A DNA stretch of 64,000 nucleotides, from NCBI GenBank assembly GCA_035517615.1, contig DATIYM010000007.1, positions 166,402 to 230,401 on the forward strand, in the 5' to 3' direction. Shown here piece after piece: positions 18,351 to 27,805 of the stretch. The stretch comes from Gemmatimonadales bacterium (GTDB lineage: Bacteria; Gemmatimonadota; Gemmatimonadetes; Gemmatimonadales; GWC2-71-9). A program made the translations under genes and the position numbers. Position 1 is the first letter of the stretch. Each line of letters opens with the position of its first letter. Under the pieces are notes generated by a model, which had not been told where the DNA came from, did no database searches, and saw only the letters and a program-made list of their open reading frames with translations.

Positions 18351-19574
18351 GTGCCCCTTCCCGTCGAGCGCGTCCGGCTGCTCATCGCGCACGACTTCCC
18401 GCCGCTGGGTGGCGGCATCGCCCGGCTGCACGGCGAGCTGGCGCGGCGCTTCGCGCCCGGCGAGCTGATTGTTTCGACCCCGCAGGATCCCGACGCATCC
18501 GAAGTCGATCCTCACTTCCCGGGTCCCATCGATCGCCTGCCCGTTTCCCGCCGGCGCTCGAAAAGCTTGCCGGGGCTCCTGCTCTGGTCGCGGCGAGCGT
18601 CGAAGCTCGCCCGCGAGCACCACGCGCGTTTCGTGTATTGCGGGAACATCAAGCCCGCGGGGTATCCCACCCGCTGGGTGCACGAGCGCACCGGCATTCC
18701 CTACGCGGTGTTTCTCTTCGGTGCCGACCTGTTGAGCGAACAGCACAAGTATCACCACTCGGCGTTCAAGCGCCGCTCGGGCCGGGCGATTCTCGGAGGC
18801 GCGACCGCCCTCATCGCGATCAGCAACTGGACGCGTGACCAGGCGCTCACCGTGCTCGGTGAGCTGGGACTCGACGGGCATGGACAAAGGCTGCGGGTGC
18901 TGCACCTCGGCACCGATCCGCTTCGGTTTCGCCCGAATGGCGACAGCGCCAAAGCCCGCGAACGGTTCCATCTGCCCGCCGGGCGCCGCTGGCTCATCAC
19001 AGTGGCGCGGCTTGAGCCGCACAAGGGCGTCGACACGGTCATCAAGGCGCTGCCCTCCATCATGGAGCGGGCCCCCGACGTCGGATATCTGGTGGTCGGC
19101 AGCGGGCCCGCGAAGGAACGGCTCGAGAAGCTGGCGCAGAAGACGGGCGTCGCCGACCGCGTGCGACTGCTCGGCGAAGTGACCGACGACGACCTGCCTC
19201 TCGCCTACAATCTCGCGACCGCGTACGTCGGCGTCTCGCGCCGGGCCGACATGATCGGCGTGGAGGGGTTCGGGATTTCGTTCGTCGAAGCTTCGGCGTC
19301 GGGATTGCCGATCGTGGCGGGGAATTCAGGCGGCGTGCCCGATGCGGTACGCGACGGCGAGACCGGTTTCCTGGTGGAGCCCGAAGATCCGGCCGCCGTC
19401 GCCGAGCGCGTGACGGAGCTGCTCGCCAACCCGAACCTTGCGCGCACGATCGGCCAGGCGGGCCGGCGCGCGGTCGAGACCTACTACAACTGGGACAGAG
19501 TGATGAAGGACCTGCGGGCCATCGAGGCCGAGGTGATCGATCCGGTCAGCTCGCGGCTCCTCGAGCGCGCGTAA
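18351..19574 (+). CDS. glycosyltransferase family 4 (GT-B)
   Basis: GGIARLHGELARRF N-terminus, VARLEPHKGVD, and EGFGISFVEASASGLPIVAGNSGG motif. Confidence 0.88.
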   Translation: MPLPVERVRLLIAHDFPPLGGGIARLHGELARRFAPGELIVSTPQDPDASEVDPHFPGPIDRLPVSRRRSKSLPGLLLWSRRASKLAREHHARFVYCGNIKPAGYPTRWVHERTGIPYAVFLFGADLLSEQHKYHHSAFKRRSGRAILGGATALIAISNWTRDQALTVLGELGLDGHGQRLRVLHLGTDPLRFRPNGDSAKARERFHLPAGRRWLITVARLEPHKGVDTVIKALPSIMERAPDVGYLVVGSGPAKERLEKLAQKTGVADRVRLLGEVTDDDLPLAYNLATAYVGVSRRADMIGVEGFGISFVEASASGLPIVAGNSGGVPDAVRDGETGFLVEPEDPAAVAERVTELLANPNLARTIGQAGRRAVETYYNWDRVMKDLRAIEAEVIDPVSSRLLERA

Positions 19575-20670
19575 CGGTCGTGGGTCTCGCGCTGATCGCG
19601 TAGGTCGGGCAGTGGCGGATGAATCCGCCATCCATCGGCGACCAGATCTGCTCTGGCTCCGTCACGACCGCCTTGCCCTGCGCGTCGAGCACGAACATCC
19701 CCGGCGGACCCTGCACGAGACACGATCCGCACCCGATGCAGCGCTCGCGTTGGACGCGAACGGTGACCTGCCTCCGCGGATACACGCCTTCGGAATCGCG
19801 GCGCGGCCAATCCTCGGGATGCTCGAGGGCCGCGACGGCTTCGCGGTACCCCTCCTCGACCAGCTCCCGCAGGTGATCGAACGAGAAGAGTGAGATGTGC
19901 TCGACCCGCGGGTGCATGAAGTAGACGGGCGGCGTGGTCCAGTGTTGCATCCGGAGCTCGAGCGCGGACTGCATGGCGATTTCCGTGGCCCGTGAGAAGA
20001 TCGCCGCGAATCCCTCTTCCTGCGTGTCTTCCCGGAGCGCGCTCGACGCCGAGACGTCCACCGCGATGACGACCTCGATGTCCATGGTCCGCGCGGTGGC
20101 GAGTGGGAGATTGTCGATCGTGGCGCCGTCGACGTAGTACCGTCCGCGGATTTCGCGCGGCGGCAGGTAGCCGGGCATGGCGCAGGATGCGAACACGGCG
20201 TCGGCGACGCGCACGTCGTCCAGCCCCTCGAGTCCCCAAAACACCTGCATCCCCGAGTTGAGATCGATGGTGTTCACGATCAGCGGCCGCTCGAGCTCAC
20301 GAAACGAGAGGTCGCCCACGAGCTTATGCAGCAGGAGATCGAGCGGCTCCCGGCGGAACAGGGCGGGCGAGCGCATCCGCTTGAACGCCATGTCGCCATG
20401 GGCGACCACGAAGATGTCCTTGCGCCGCAGGTTGACGGCGATGTCGCGCAGTGCCTCGGGATCATGGCCCGCGGCCCAGGCCGCGCCCACGAGCGCGCCG
20501 ACACTCGTGCCGATCACGCAGGTGGGGGCGAGGCCGCGCTCACTCAGGGCCTGCAGCACGCCGATGTGCGCCAGGCCCTTCATGCCGCCGCCGCCGAGCA
20601 CGAGACTGAAACGAGTATTGCTATCCACTACCGCTTGCCCGCGAGGTGAACTCGCGAGTAACGTAGTCAT
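19546..20670 (-). CDS. patatin-like phospholipase fused to a C-terminal single-cluster ferredoxin-like domain
   Basis: Patatin motifs LGGGGMKG (oxyanion hole), GTSVG (nucleophile elbow) and YVDGA (catalytic Asp). The C-terminal 70 aa contain CIGCGSC...HCP, the CxxCxxC...CP pattern of Fe-S ferredoxins. Confidence 0.85.
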   Translation of the reverse strand: MTTLLASSPRGQAVVDSNTRFSLVLGGGGMKGLAHIGVLQALSERGLAPTCVIGTSVGALVGAAWAAGHDPEALRDIAVNLRRKDIFVVAHGDMAFKRMRSPALFRREPLDLLLHKLVGDLSFRELERPLIVNTIDLNSGMQVFWGLEGLDDVRVADAVFASCAMPGYLPPREIRGRYYVDGATIDNLPLATARTMDIEVVIAVDVSASSALREDTQEEGFAAIFSRATEIAMQSALELRMQHWTTPPVYFMHPRVEHISLFSFDHLRELVEEGYREAVAALEHPEDWPRRDSEGVYPRRQVTVRVQRERCIGCGSCLVQGPPGMFVLDAQGKAVVTEPEQIWSPMDGGFIRHCPTYAISARPTTVTRARGAAS

Positions 20671-20693
20671 TGCTCCTACTTCCGCGCCACTCG

Positions 20694-21881
20694 ATGACCG
20701 AAATCGCCTACCATCCCACGCGTCTCCGCGCCCTGCGCGAGAGTTTTCGTGCGTTGCGCGCCGCGGAATTTCCCTGGACCGCCGACACCGTCTATCTGAA
20801 CAACGCCTCGATCGGCCCGATTCCGGAGCGCACCCGTCGCGCGCTCGACGAATTCACCGCAAAACGTACCGCTCCTCATCTGCTGCCCGACCGCGATTTG
20901 CAGGGCGGATTGCAGAGCGCGCGCGAAGCGGTGGCGCAGCTCATCAACGCGGACACGGGAGAAATCGCGCTCACGACAAATACCGGCTTCGGGCTGCACG
21001 TCGCGGCGCGCGCGCTGCCGCTCAAGGCCGGCGACGTAGTGCTCGTCTCGGATCGGGAGTTTCCGGCAAACGTGTATCCCTGGATGCTGCTCAAGAAGCA
21101 GGGCATCGAGGTGGAGCTTGCCCCGTGCACGCCGGAGGGCTGGCCGGACGAGGATTATCTCGTCGAGCGGCTCGGCGATCCGCGCGTGCGCGTGCTCGCC
21201 GTGTCGTGGGTGCAGTTCTCAAACGGGTATCGCGTGGACCTGGGTCGGCTCGGCGCGGCCTGTCGCGCCAACGGCACGTTTCTCGTCGTCGACGCCATTC
21301 AGGGCGTCGGCAATTGCGTGCTCGACGTGCGCGAGACGCCCGTCGACCTCCTCGCCTGCGGTGGGCAGAAGTGGCTCCTGTCGCCCTGGGGCTCGGGGTT
21401 TCTGTACGTACGGCGCGAGCTGGTTCGCGTGCTCGAGCCGGCCGTGACCGGGTGGATGGCGTTCGAGGGAACGGACGATTTCTCGAGGCTCACCGAGTAC
21501 AACCCGACCTTCCGCTCCGATGCCCGCCGCTTCGAAATGATCACGCTTCCCTATCAGGACTTCTATGGAATGACGAGCTCGGTGCGGATGGTGGCGGAGC
21601 TCGGGGTTCGGGACATCGCCGAGCACACACGAGCGCTGCACGAGCCGGTGATCAGCTGGGCGCGGGACCACGGCGTTCGCATCGCCTCGGCCGACCACGA
21701 CGCGCATCGCTCGGCCATCATCTGTCTCGCGCCCGAGCGCGCGGCGGAAGCGTATCACGCGGTCAAACGCAGCCACATCGTCTGCTCGCTCCGCGAGGGC
21801 GCGATCCGGCTGTCGCCCCATTGCTACAACACAGTGGAGGAGATGGAGCGGGTGCTGGATGTGCTCGATGGAATGGGGTGA
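20694..21881 (+). CDS. class V aminotransferase / cysteine desulfurase-like PLP enzyme
   Basis: LNNASIGP, GDVVLVSDREFPANVYPW, and CGGQKWLLSPWGSGFLY (PLP Lys region). ATG at 20694; the track start at 20670 is a TTG. Confidence 0.8.
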   Translation: MTEIAYHPTRLRALRESFRALRAAEFPWTADTVYLNNASIGPIPERTRRALDEFTAKRTAPHLLPDRDLQGGLQSAREAVAQLINADTGEIALTTNTGFGLHVAARALPLKAGDVVLVSDREFPANVYPWMLLKKQGIEVELAPCTPEGWPDEDYLVERLGDPRVRVLAVSWVQFSNGYRVDLGRLGAACRANGTFLVVDAIQGVGNCVLDVRETPVDLLACGGQKWLLSPWGSGFLYVRRELVRVLEPAVTGWMAFEGTDDFSRLTEYNPTFRSDARRFEMITLPYQDFYGMTSSVRMVAELGVRDIAEHTRALHEPVISWARDHGVRIASADHDAHRSAIICLAPERAAEAYHAVKRSHIVCSLREGAIRLSPHCYNTVEEMERVLDVLDGMG

Positions 21882-21900
21882 GGCGTCGCCGGTTACCGCG

Positions 21901-22590
21901 CTAACGCGGCAGCGGTTTACTCGGTGACGCCTCACCCGGCAACGTGGTATCCCTGTGCCTATCCGCCCACCACGCCAAGGCCACGAATAACCAGCCGAAG
22001 ATTATTCCCCCGATCGCGAGCGCTTTGATGTTGCCGGGCGGAGGACTGAAGAGCGATCCCACGTAGCTGAGCGCGAGTAGCACGAGCAAGGCCCACACGC
22101 CGTAGCGGCCGATGCGGTCGCGCGCCCGTGTCGCGGTCATGTAGAGGCCAATCCCCCCCACGAACATGAGTAGCTCGATGACGACGGTCGCGGGGGCGAA
22201 GCGCCACAGGCCGAGTCCGACCTTCGGTCCTCCGGGATAGAGCGGCAGGTCAGGGATGTGGACGATCCAATCGAGCACCCAGTGGCTGAACACGAGTAAT
22301 CCCACCACCAGCGCGCCCTGCGCGTATCCCGTCTTCATCTTATAGAGCGCGCCCACTAGGAGCCCCCAACCGGCGAGTGTCACGAGGCTATGCGAGATCG
22401 GGTAGGAATCGAAGGCGAGTGTGAGGAACGGATTCGTGCCGCCGGCAACGCTCACGCGCTCCCACCCGAGCAGGAGGAAGACGGGCCAGATCAGGTCGGC
22501 GAACGTCGGCGCGGCGATGAGCGTGCCCAGCGAGGTGCGGGGGGCGAGGCGTTTGGCGGCGAGCCCGAGCGCGTAATGGCCGATGAACAT
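21901..22590 (-). CDS. integral membrane protein, unknown function
   Basis: MFIGHYALGLAAKRLAP followed by about 6 hydrophobic helices. The internal ATG at 22590 avoids overlap with tyrS. Confidence 0.65.
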   Translation of the reverse strand: MFIGHYALGLAAKRLAPRTSLGTLIAAPTFADLIWPVFLLLGWERVSVAGGTNPFLTLAFDSYPISHSLVTLAGWGLLVGALYKMKTGYAQGALVVGLLVFSHWVLDWIVHIPDLPLYPGGPKVGLGLWRFAPATVVIELLMFVGGIGLYMTATRARDRIGRYGVWALLVLLALSYVGSLFSPPPGNIKALAIGGIIFGWLFVALAWWADRHRDTTLPGEASPSKPLPR

Positions 22591-22595
22591 GGCTC

Positions 22596-23861
22596 TTAGC
22601 TCTCCACTCTTAGTAACGCGTAATTTTTCTTGCCACGGCGAAGCAGCAGCGTGCTGCCGTCCACCCAATCGTCCGCTTGCACCTGCTCGTCGACATCTTC
22701 AACGCGACGCGTGTTCAGGTAGACGCCGCCCTGCTGAATGAGTCTGCGCGCCTCGCTCTTCGATTGTGCAAGCTTCGCCGCCACGAGCGCGTCGACCACC
22801 GTTGCCGGCCGGATCTGAACGAGCGTGGTGGGCGCGCTCTGTCTCATGACGTCCAGCGTTCCCTTCAAGTCGGTCGACACGGCGATCTCGCCAAACGCGG
22901 ACGCGGCAGCGCTGATCGCTGCTCTCGTGGCTTCCAGGCCATGGATCCGCTCGGTGATTTCAGCCGCCAGCGCCCGTTGTGCCTCCCGCTTGGATGGATC
23001 GCGGCGACTCGATGCGATGAGCGCCTCGATCTCCGCGCGCGGCTGGAGCGAAAACAGCTTCAGATACTTCTCGACGTCTCGGTCGTCAACGTTGATCCAG
23101 TACTGGTAGAGCTGATAGGGAGACGTCAAAGCCGGGTCGAGCCAGATCGCCCCGCCCTCTGTCTTCCCGAACTTCGCTCCGGATGACGTCGTCAGGAGCG
23201 GAGCCACGAGTCCGTGCGCTTCGCCGCCTGCGACTCGGCGGATGAGGTCGATGCCGGCGGTGATGTTGCCCCACTGGTCGCTGCCGCCGACCTGGACGGT
23301 CGAGTGATACCGCCTGTCGCTGAACAGATGCAGGAAGTCGTATGCCTGGAGCAGCATGTAACTGAACTCAGTGTACGAGATGCCCGTCTCGAGCCGCGCC
23401 TGCACCGATTCTTTCTGCATCATGATGTTCACGCTGAAATGCTTGCCGATGTCGCGCAGGAAATCCACGAGCGACTGCTGCTCGAGCCAGTCGGCGTTGT
23501 TCACGACGAGCGCGCCGGTGTGCCGGTCGTCGAAATCGAGCAGATGGGCCATCTGATCGCGCTGGCGGTGCAGGTTCTCGCGAATCTGCTCGCGCGAGAG
23601 CAGGGGGCGCTCGTTGCGCTTGCCGGACGGGTCGCCGATTAGTCCCGTACCGCCGCCCATCACGATGATCGGACGGTGGCCGCCCAGCTGCAGCTGCTTG
23701 AGCAGCATGAGCGGCATGAGATTGCCGAGCTGGAGGCTTGGCGCGGTCGGGTCGAACCCGCAGTAAATCGCACGGCGCTCGGCGCGCAGATGCGCCGCGA
23801 GCTCCGGGGTGGCCTGCTGCACGAAGCCACGCCACTCGAGTTCGGCAAACACGTCGGGCAT
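22596..23861 (-). CDS. tyrS: tyrosine--tRNA ligase
   Basis: YCGFDPTAPSL, GGGTGLIGDPSGK, KFGKTEGG (KMSKS equivalent) and a C-terminal S4 domain. The HIGH motif reads QLGN. Confidence 0.92.
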   Translation of the reverse strand: MPDVFAELEWRGFVQQATPELAAHLRAERRAIYCGFDPTAPSLQLGNLMPLMLLKQLQLGGHRPIIVMGGGTGLIGDPSGKRNERPLLSREQIRENLHRQRDQMAHLLDFDDRHTGALVVNNADWLEQQSLVDFLRDIGKHFSVNIMMQKESVQARLETGISYTEFSYMLLQAYDFLHLFSDRRYHSTVQVGGSDQWGNITAGIDLIRRVAGGEAHGLVAPLLTTSSGAKFGKTEGGAIWLDPALTSPYQLYQYWINVDDRDVEKYLKLFSLQPRAEIEALIASSRRDPSKREAQRALAAEITERIHGLEATRAAISAAASAFGEIAVSTDLKGTLDVMRQSAPTTLVQIRPATVVDALVAAKLAQSKSEARRLIQQGGVYLNTRRVEDVDEQVQADDWVDGSTLLLRRGKKNYALLRVES

Positions 23862-23930
23862 GGCGCGGAATCGTAAGAGTCGGTGGAACTGCTGGCAAGC
23901 GCGCGGTCGCCTTACTAGGTTGTAGCCAGC

Positions 23931-26102
23931 ATGGCTTCAGTTCCGGCGCCTGTTCCTTCCCCGATCGCGCCTCGGTTTCCTTCTCTCGCATGGTGGAACG
24001 AGCCCAGGACTCGCAACCGGCTCTTGGGCGTTCTCGTGCTCGGCGTGGCCTACGTGTTCGGGGTTTCCTACGGCTCGTGGACGCGCGTCTGCGCCGCGGA
24101 GCGTTGCCCCAGCATCTCGCGCCTGGTTTCTGGTCCGGGCCCCCAGCAGACGTCGAAGGTCTATGCCGCAGACGGCCGGCTCATCACGGAGCTCGGACTC
24201 GAGCGGCGCACCGTGATGCCGCTGTCGGAGATCCCGCCGTCGGTGCGCGAAGCCTTCATCGCGACCGAAGACAAGCGGTTCTATTCGCACCACGGAATCG
24301 ACTACTGGCGCATCTTCGGCGCCATCAAGGCCGACATCTTCTCGATGTCGTGGGCGCAAGGCTTCTCGACCATCACGATGCAGCTGGCCCGGAACATTTT
24401 CCCCGAGGAGATCTCGCGCCAGAAACAGATCACGCGAAAGCTCAAGGAAGCGCGGGTCGCGGTCGAGATCGAGCACAACTTCCCGAAGGATTCCATTCTC
24501 CAGCTGTATCTGAATCAGATCGATCTGGGCGCGGGGGCGCACGGCGTCGAAGCCGCGTCGCAGGTGTACTTCGGCAAGTCGGCACGCCAGCTCAACGTCG
24601 CCGAGGCCGCGATGCTCGCCGCGCTCCCCAAGGCGCCGGCCACCTACAATCCGCGCACCCATCCCGATCGTGCCGTGCAGCGCCGCAACTCCGTGCTCAG
24701 TCTCATGCGCGATCAGGGCTATCTCACTCCCGAGGACGCGGAGCTGTGGAAGGCATACCCGCTCGTTCTCACGGCGAATCGCACCAATTACGGCGACGTC
24801 GCCCCGTATTTTGTCGAGTGGCTGAGGCAGCAGCTCGACGCACGGTTCGGCCGCGACTTGTATGAAGGCGGCCTGCGCATCTACACGACGCTCGATCTCG
24901 ACATGCAGGAATCGGCCGAGCGCGCGCTGCAGTCGCAGCTCGACGCGATCGAGGCGGGCGTGTACTCGAACGGCAAGCCGCCCGGTCGCGTGAACTATCG
25001 CGACTACATCGAATCGCAGAAAACGTCGGGAGAAGATCACGGGTCGTTCACGCCCTATCTGCAGGGCGCGTTCGTGGCGCTCGAGGCCAACACCGGCAAC
25101 ATCCGCGTGATGATCGGTGGTCGAGACTTCGACGACTCGAAGTTCAATCGCGCCACGCAGGCGATTCGCCAGCCGGGCTCCACGTTCAAGCCGTTTGTGT
25201 ACTCCGCCGCCATTCGCGCCGGGCATCCGGTCACCGAGATCCTCGACGACTCGCCGCTCAATCCGCCGGTGATTCAGCTCGACAGCTCGCTCTGGACGCC
25301 AAAGGACGACGACGACACGACGCTCGGCCGCATCCCGATGCGCGAGGCGCTCTACCTCTCACGCAACCTCGCGACGATCAAGCTGGGCATGCAGCTCGGC
25401 GAGCAGACGGTGATCGGCGAGGCGCGGCGCTATGGCATCACGACGCCGCTCCGGCCGTATCCGTCGCTGCACATCGGCGCGAACGGCGTGATCCCGCTCG
25501 AGATCATTGCCGCGTACACCGCGTTCGCGACGCTCGGCACACGCGCCTATCCCCAGGGCATCCTCCGCGTCGAGGATGCGCACGGCAATATCCTCTGGCA
25601 GCCGGCGGTGCGCCGCGAGCAGGTAATGGACCCGGAGCATTCCTGGCTACTCGTCGACGTGATGAAGGATGTGATCCGGCGCGGCACGGCCTACAGCGCC
25701 GTCTGGAAGGCGGGATTCACTCTGCCGGCCGCCGGGAAGACGGGCACCACGGACGACTACACGGACGCGTGGTTCATTGGCTACACGCCCGAGCTCGTGG
25801 CCGGTGTGTGGATCGGATACGATCTGCAGCAGCGCATTCTCGACCACAACGCGGGCGGCGGCCGGATTACCGCGCCCGCGTGGACGGCGTTCATGCGCGA
25901 CGTATACGACCGGCGTCCGGCGCCCGCTGACTGGACCCGGCCCGACTCGCTCGTCACCCGTGAGGTGGACTGGAGCAACGGCTTCCTGGCCACGCCCTAC
26001 TGCCCGCTCGAAGTGCGGCATTGGGATTGGTTCTATCCCGGCACGGAGCCGACCGAGGCGTGTCCGGTGCACACGCCGTTTGGGATCGGCGTGACCCCGT
26101 AA
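23931..26102 (+). CDS. mrcA: penicillin-binding protein 1A (bifunctional transglycosylase/transpeptidase)
   Basis: GT51 motifs EDKRFYSHHGID and RKLKEA. Transpeptidase motifs STFKP, SRN and KTGTT. N-terminal TM anchor. Confidence 0.92.
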   Translation: MASVPAPVPSPIAPRFPSLAWWNEPRTRNRLLGVLVLGVAYVFGVSYGSWTRVCAAERCPSISRLVSGPGPQQTSKVYAADGRLITELGLERRTVMPLSEIPPSVREAFIATEDKRFYSHHGIDYWRIFGAIKADIFSMSWAQGFSTITMQLARNIFPEEISRQKQITRKLKEARVAVEIEHNFPKDSILQLYLNQIDLGAGAHGVEAASQVYFGKSARQLNVAEAAMLAALPKAPATYNPRTHPDRAVQRRNSVLSLMRDQGYLTPEDAELWKAYPLVLTANRTNYGDVAPYFVEWLRQQLDARFGRDLYEGGLRIYTTLDLDMQESAERALQSQLDAIEAGVYSNGKPPGRVNYRDYIESQKTSGEDHGSFTPYLQGAFVALEANTGNIRVMIGGRDFDDSKFNRATQAIRQPGSTFKPFVYSAAIRAGHPVTEILDDSPLNPPVIQLDSSLWTPKDDDDTTLGRIPMREALYLSRNLATIKLGMQLGEQTVIGEARRYGITTPLRPYPSLHIGANGVIPLEIIAAYTAFATLGTRAYPQGILRVEDAHGNILWQPAVRREQVMDPEHSWLLVDVMKDVIRRGTAYSAVWKAGFTLPAAGKTGTTDDYTDAWFIGYTPELVAGVWIGYDLQQRILDHNAGGGRITAPAWTAFMRDVYDRRPAPADWTRPDSLVTREVDWSNGFLATPYCPLEVRHWDWFYPGTEPTEACPVHTPFGIGVTP

Positions 26103-27299
26103 ATGCTCCGGATTCGCGCGGGTCGTATGCACCCGGTGACGGCGCCGCCCATCGAGGACGGCGCCGTTCTCATTCGGGGGGGCGAAATCGCGGCATTCGG
26201 ACCGAATGCATCCGTTCCGTCGCCCGAAGGCATCGAGCAGTTGAGCTTTCCATCTGACGCACTCGTGCCCGGGCTCGTCAACTGTCATACGCATCTCGAG
26301 CTGACGGACCTCGCCGGCCAGGTGCAGGAACCGGACTTCGCGGCGTGGATCAGGCAAATCCGCACGCTGAAGGACGGAATGATGCCAGAGCAGTTCTGCC
26401 GGGCGGCGGAGCAGGGCCTGAGGCTGTCTTGGGCCAGCGGCGTGACATGTGTCGCCGAGACGGGCAGCACGGGCGCGGCGTTCGAAGCGCTGCATGCACT
26501 CGGCGGTCGCGGCGTCTACTACCAGGAAGTGTTCGGGCCGGATCCCACCATCCGCGACGCGAGCCTGGCGGAGCTCAAGCGGGCAATCTCGCGCCTCGGA
26601 CCCCGCGCAACCGAGGACGTGCGACTCGGTGTCTCGCCGCATGCGCCATACACCGTGAGCGCGCCGTTGTATCGCGCGGTCGCGGAGTTTGCCCGTACCG
26701 AAGGGCTGCCACTCGCCGTCCATATCGCCGAATCACCCGCCGAAACCGACTTCGTGCGCGACGGCACCGGTCCATTCGCCGATGCCCTCCGTGCCCGTGG
26801 CATTCCGATCGAGCCGCACGGCGTAACGCCGGTCGAGTACCTCGCGCAACTTGGCGTCTTGCAACGTGACCTCCTCTGCATTCACTGTGTGCAGGTGAAT
26901 GACCGCGACATCGACCTGCTGAAGCATTCGGGCGCCACGGTCGCGCACTGTCCCCGGTCGAACACGGCGCACGCCCACGGCCGCGCCCCACTCGCGAAAT
27001 TCCGCGCCGGCGGAATTCCGGTCGGCTTGGGCACCGACTCGATCGTCTCGACCGGCGATCTCGACCTGGGGCGCGAAGCCGCAGCGGCGGGCCTGAGTGG
27101 TGAAGCGGCGCTCCAGATGCTGACGCTCGCGGGCGCGCGCGCGCTCGGACTCGACTCCAAGATTGGTTCGATCGAGGTGGGGAAGCAGGCGGATCTCGCC
27201 GTGTTTCGATCCGCCGCTTTACCATCAGCCGCCTCATCATCAGCCGCTGTGACAGTCGTCGCCGGTCGCATCGTCCACCGCTACATTGGAACCGCATGA
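26103..27299 (+). CDS. amidohydrolase family protein (nucleobase/aminofutalosine deaminase-like)
   Basis: Metal-binding NCHTHLE, SPHAPYT, VHIAES, HC and GTDS motifs. TAAATG junction with the PBP gene and ATGA overlap with argR. Confidence 0.8.
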   Translation: MLRIRAGRMHPVTAPPIEDGAVLIRGGEIAAFGPNASVPSPEGIEQLSFPSDALVPGLVNCHTHLELTDLAGQVQEPDFAAWIRQIRTLKDGMMPEQFCRAAEQGLRLSWASGVTCVAETGSTGAAFEALHALGGRGVYYQEVFGPDPTIRDASLAELKRAISRLGPRATEDVRLGVSPHAPYTVSAPLYRAVAEFARTEGLPLAVHIAESPAETDFVRDGTGPFADALRARGIPIEPHGVTPVEYLAQLGVLQRDLLCIHCVQVNDRDIDLLKHSGATVAHCPRSNTAHAHGRAPLAKFRAGGIPVGLGTDSIVSTGDLDLGREAAAAGLSGEAALQMLTLAGARALGLDSKIGSIEVGKQADLAVFRSAALPSAASSSAAVTVVAGRIVHRYIGTA

Positions 27300-27757
27300 A
27301 GACCCAGCGGCACGCTGCCATTCTCCGCATCATTCGCCAGGCACATGTGGCGAATCAGGAGCAGTTGCGCGAGCTGCTCCGGGCCGAGGGGATCGATGTG
27401 ACGCAGGCCACGCTGTCGCGCGACATCCGCGAGCTCGGTCTGGCCAAGGTGGCCGTCCCGGAGGGCGGCTCGCATTACGAGGCTCCCGCGGATGGCGGCC
27501 GTGCGATCCGGCCGAACTTGGAGCAGCTGCTTCCTTCCATGCTGGTCGCGGTCGACAGTGTGGGACCGCTCGTCGTGCTCAAGACGCCGGCCGGGGCGGC
27601 GCAGTCGCTCGGGGTCGCGGTGGACGGAGCCGGGTGGAGTGAGATCATCGGCACGATTGCGGGGGATGACGCGGTGCTCGTGATTACGCGCAGCGAGCGG
27701 GCGCGACGGGCGGTGGAAGTTCGTCTCAAGGAGCTGGCGGGACTCGGCGCGTCGTAG
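27296..27757 (+). CDS. argR: arginine repressor
   Basis: MKTQRHAAILRIIRQAHVANQEQLRELLRAEGIDVTQATLSRDIRELGL (winged HTH) plus the C-terminal oligomerisation domain GTIAGDDAVLV. Confidence 0.92.
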   Translation: MKTQRHAAILRIIRQAHVANQEQLRELLRAEGIDVTQATLSRDIRELGLAKVAVPEGGSHYEAPADGGRAIRPNLEQLLPSMLVAVDSVGPLVVLKTPAGAAQSLGVAVDGAGWSEIIGTIAGDDAVLVITRSERARRAVEVRLKELAGLGAS

Positions 27758-27776
27758 TCCACGGTCGTGCTCCCCA

Positions 27777-27805
27777 TTGACACGCCGCCCGGCCTTTGTA
27801 TTTTT
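27777..27805 (+). promoter_or_regulatory. putative sigma70-type promoter of argGH
   Basis: TTGACA (27777-27782), a 16-nt spacer, then TATTTT (27799-27804), about 35 nt upstream of the argG ATG. It overlaps the ARG boxes. Confidence 0.45.

Noticed and set aside
23862-23930. Possible T-box leader upstream of tyrS
   Set aside because: The leader is only 69 nt and shared with the divergent PBP1A gene. A T-box needs about 200-300 nt, and no T-box consensus sequence is visible.
23937-25226. Other long antisense or off-frame ORFs (23937..25226, 25647..26723, 27281..28396, 28733..29836, 56486..57832, 60498..61889, 52157..53254, 7522..8901 N-terminal part, and others)
   Set aside because: Each lies opposite or out of frame to a gene with strong family motifs (PBP1A, amidohydrolase, argG, argH, MoxR, Ser/Thr kinase, RDD-SpoIIM, GT9). 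All have Arg/Pro/Gly/Ala-biased compositions characteristic of non-coding frames in GC-rich DNA.
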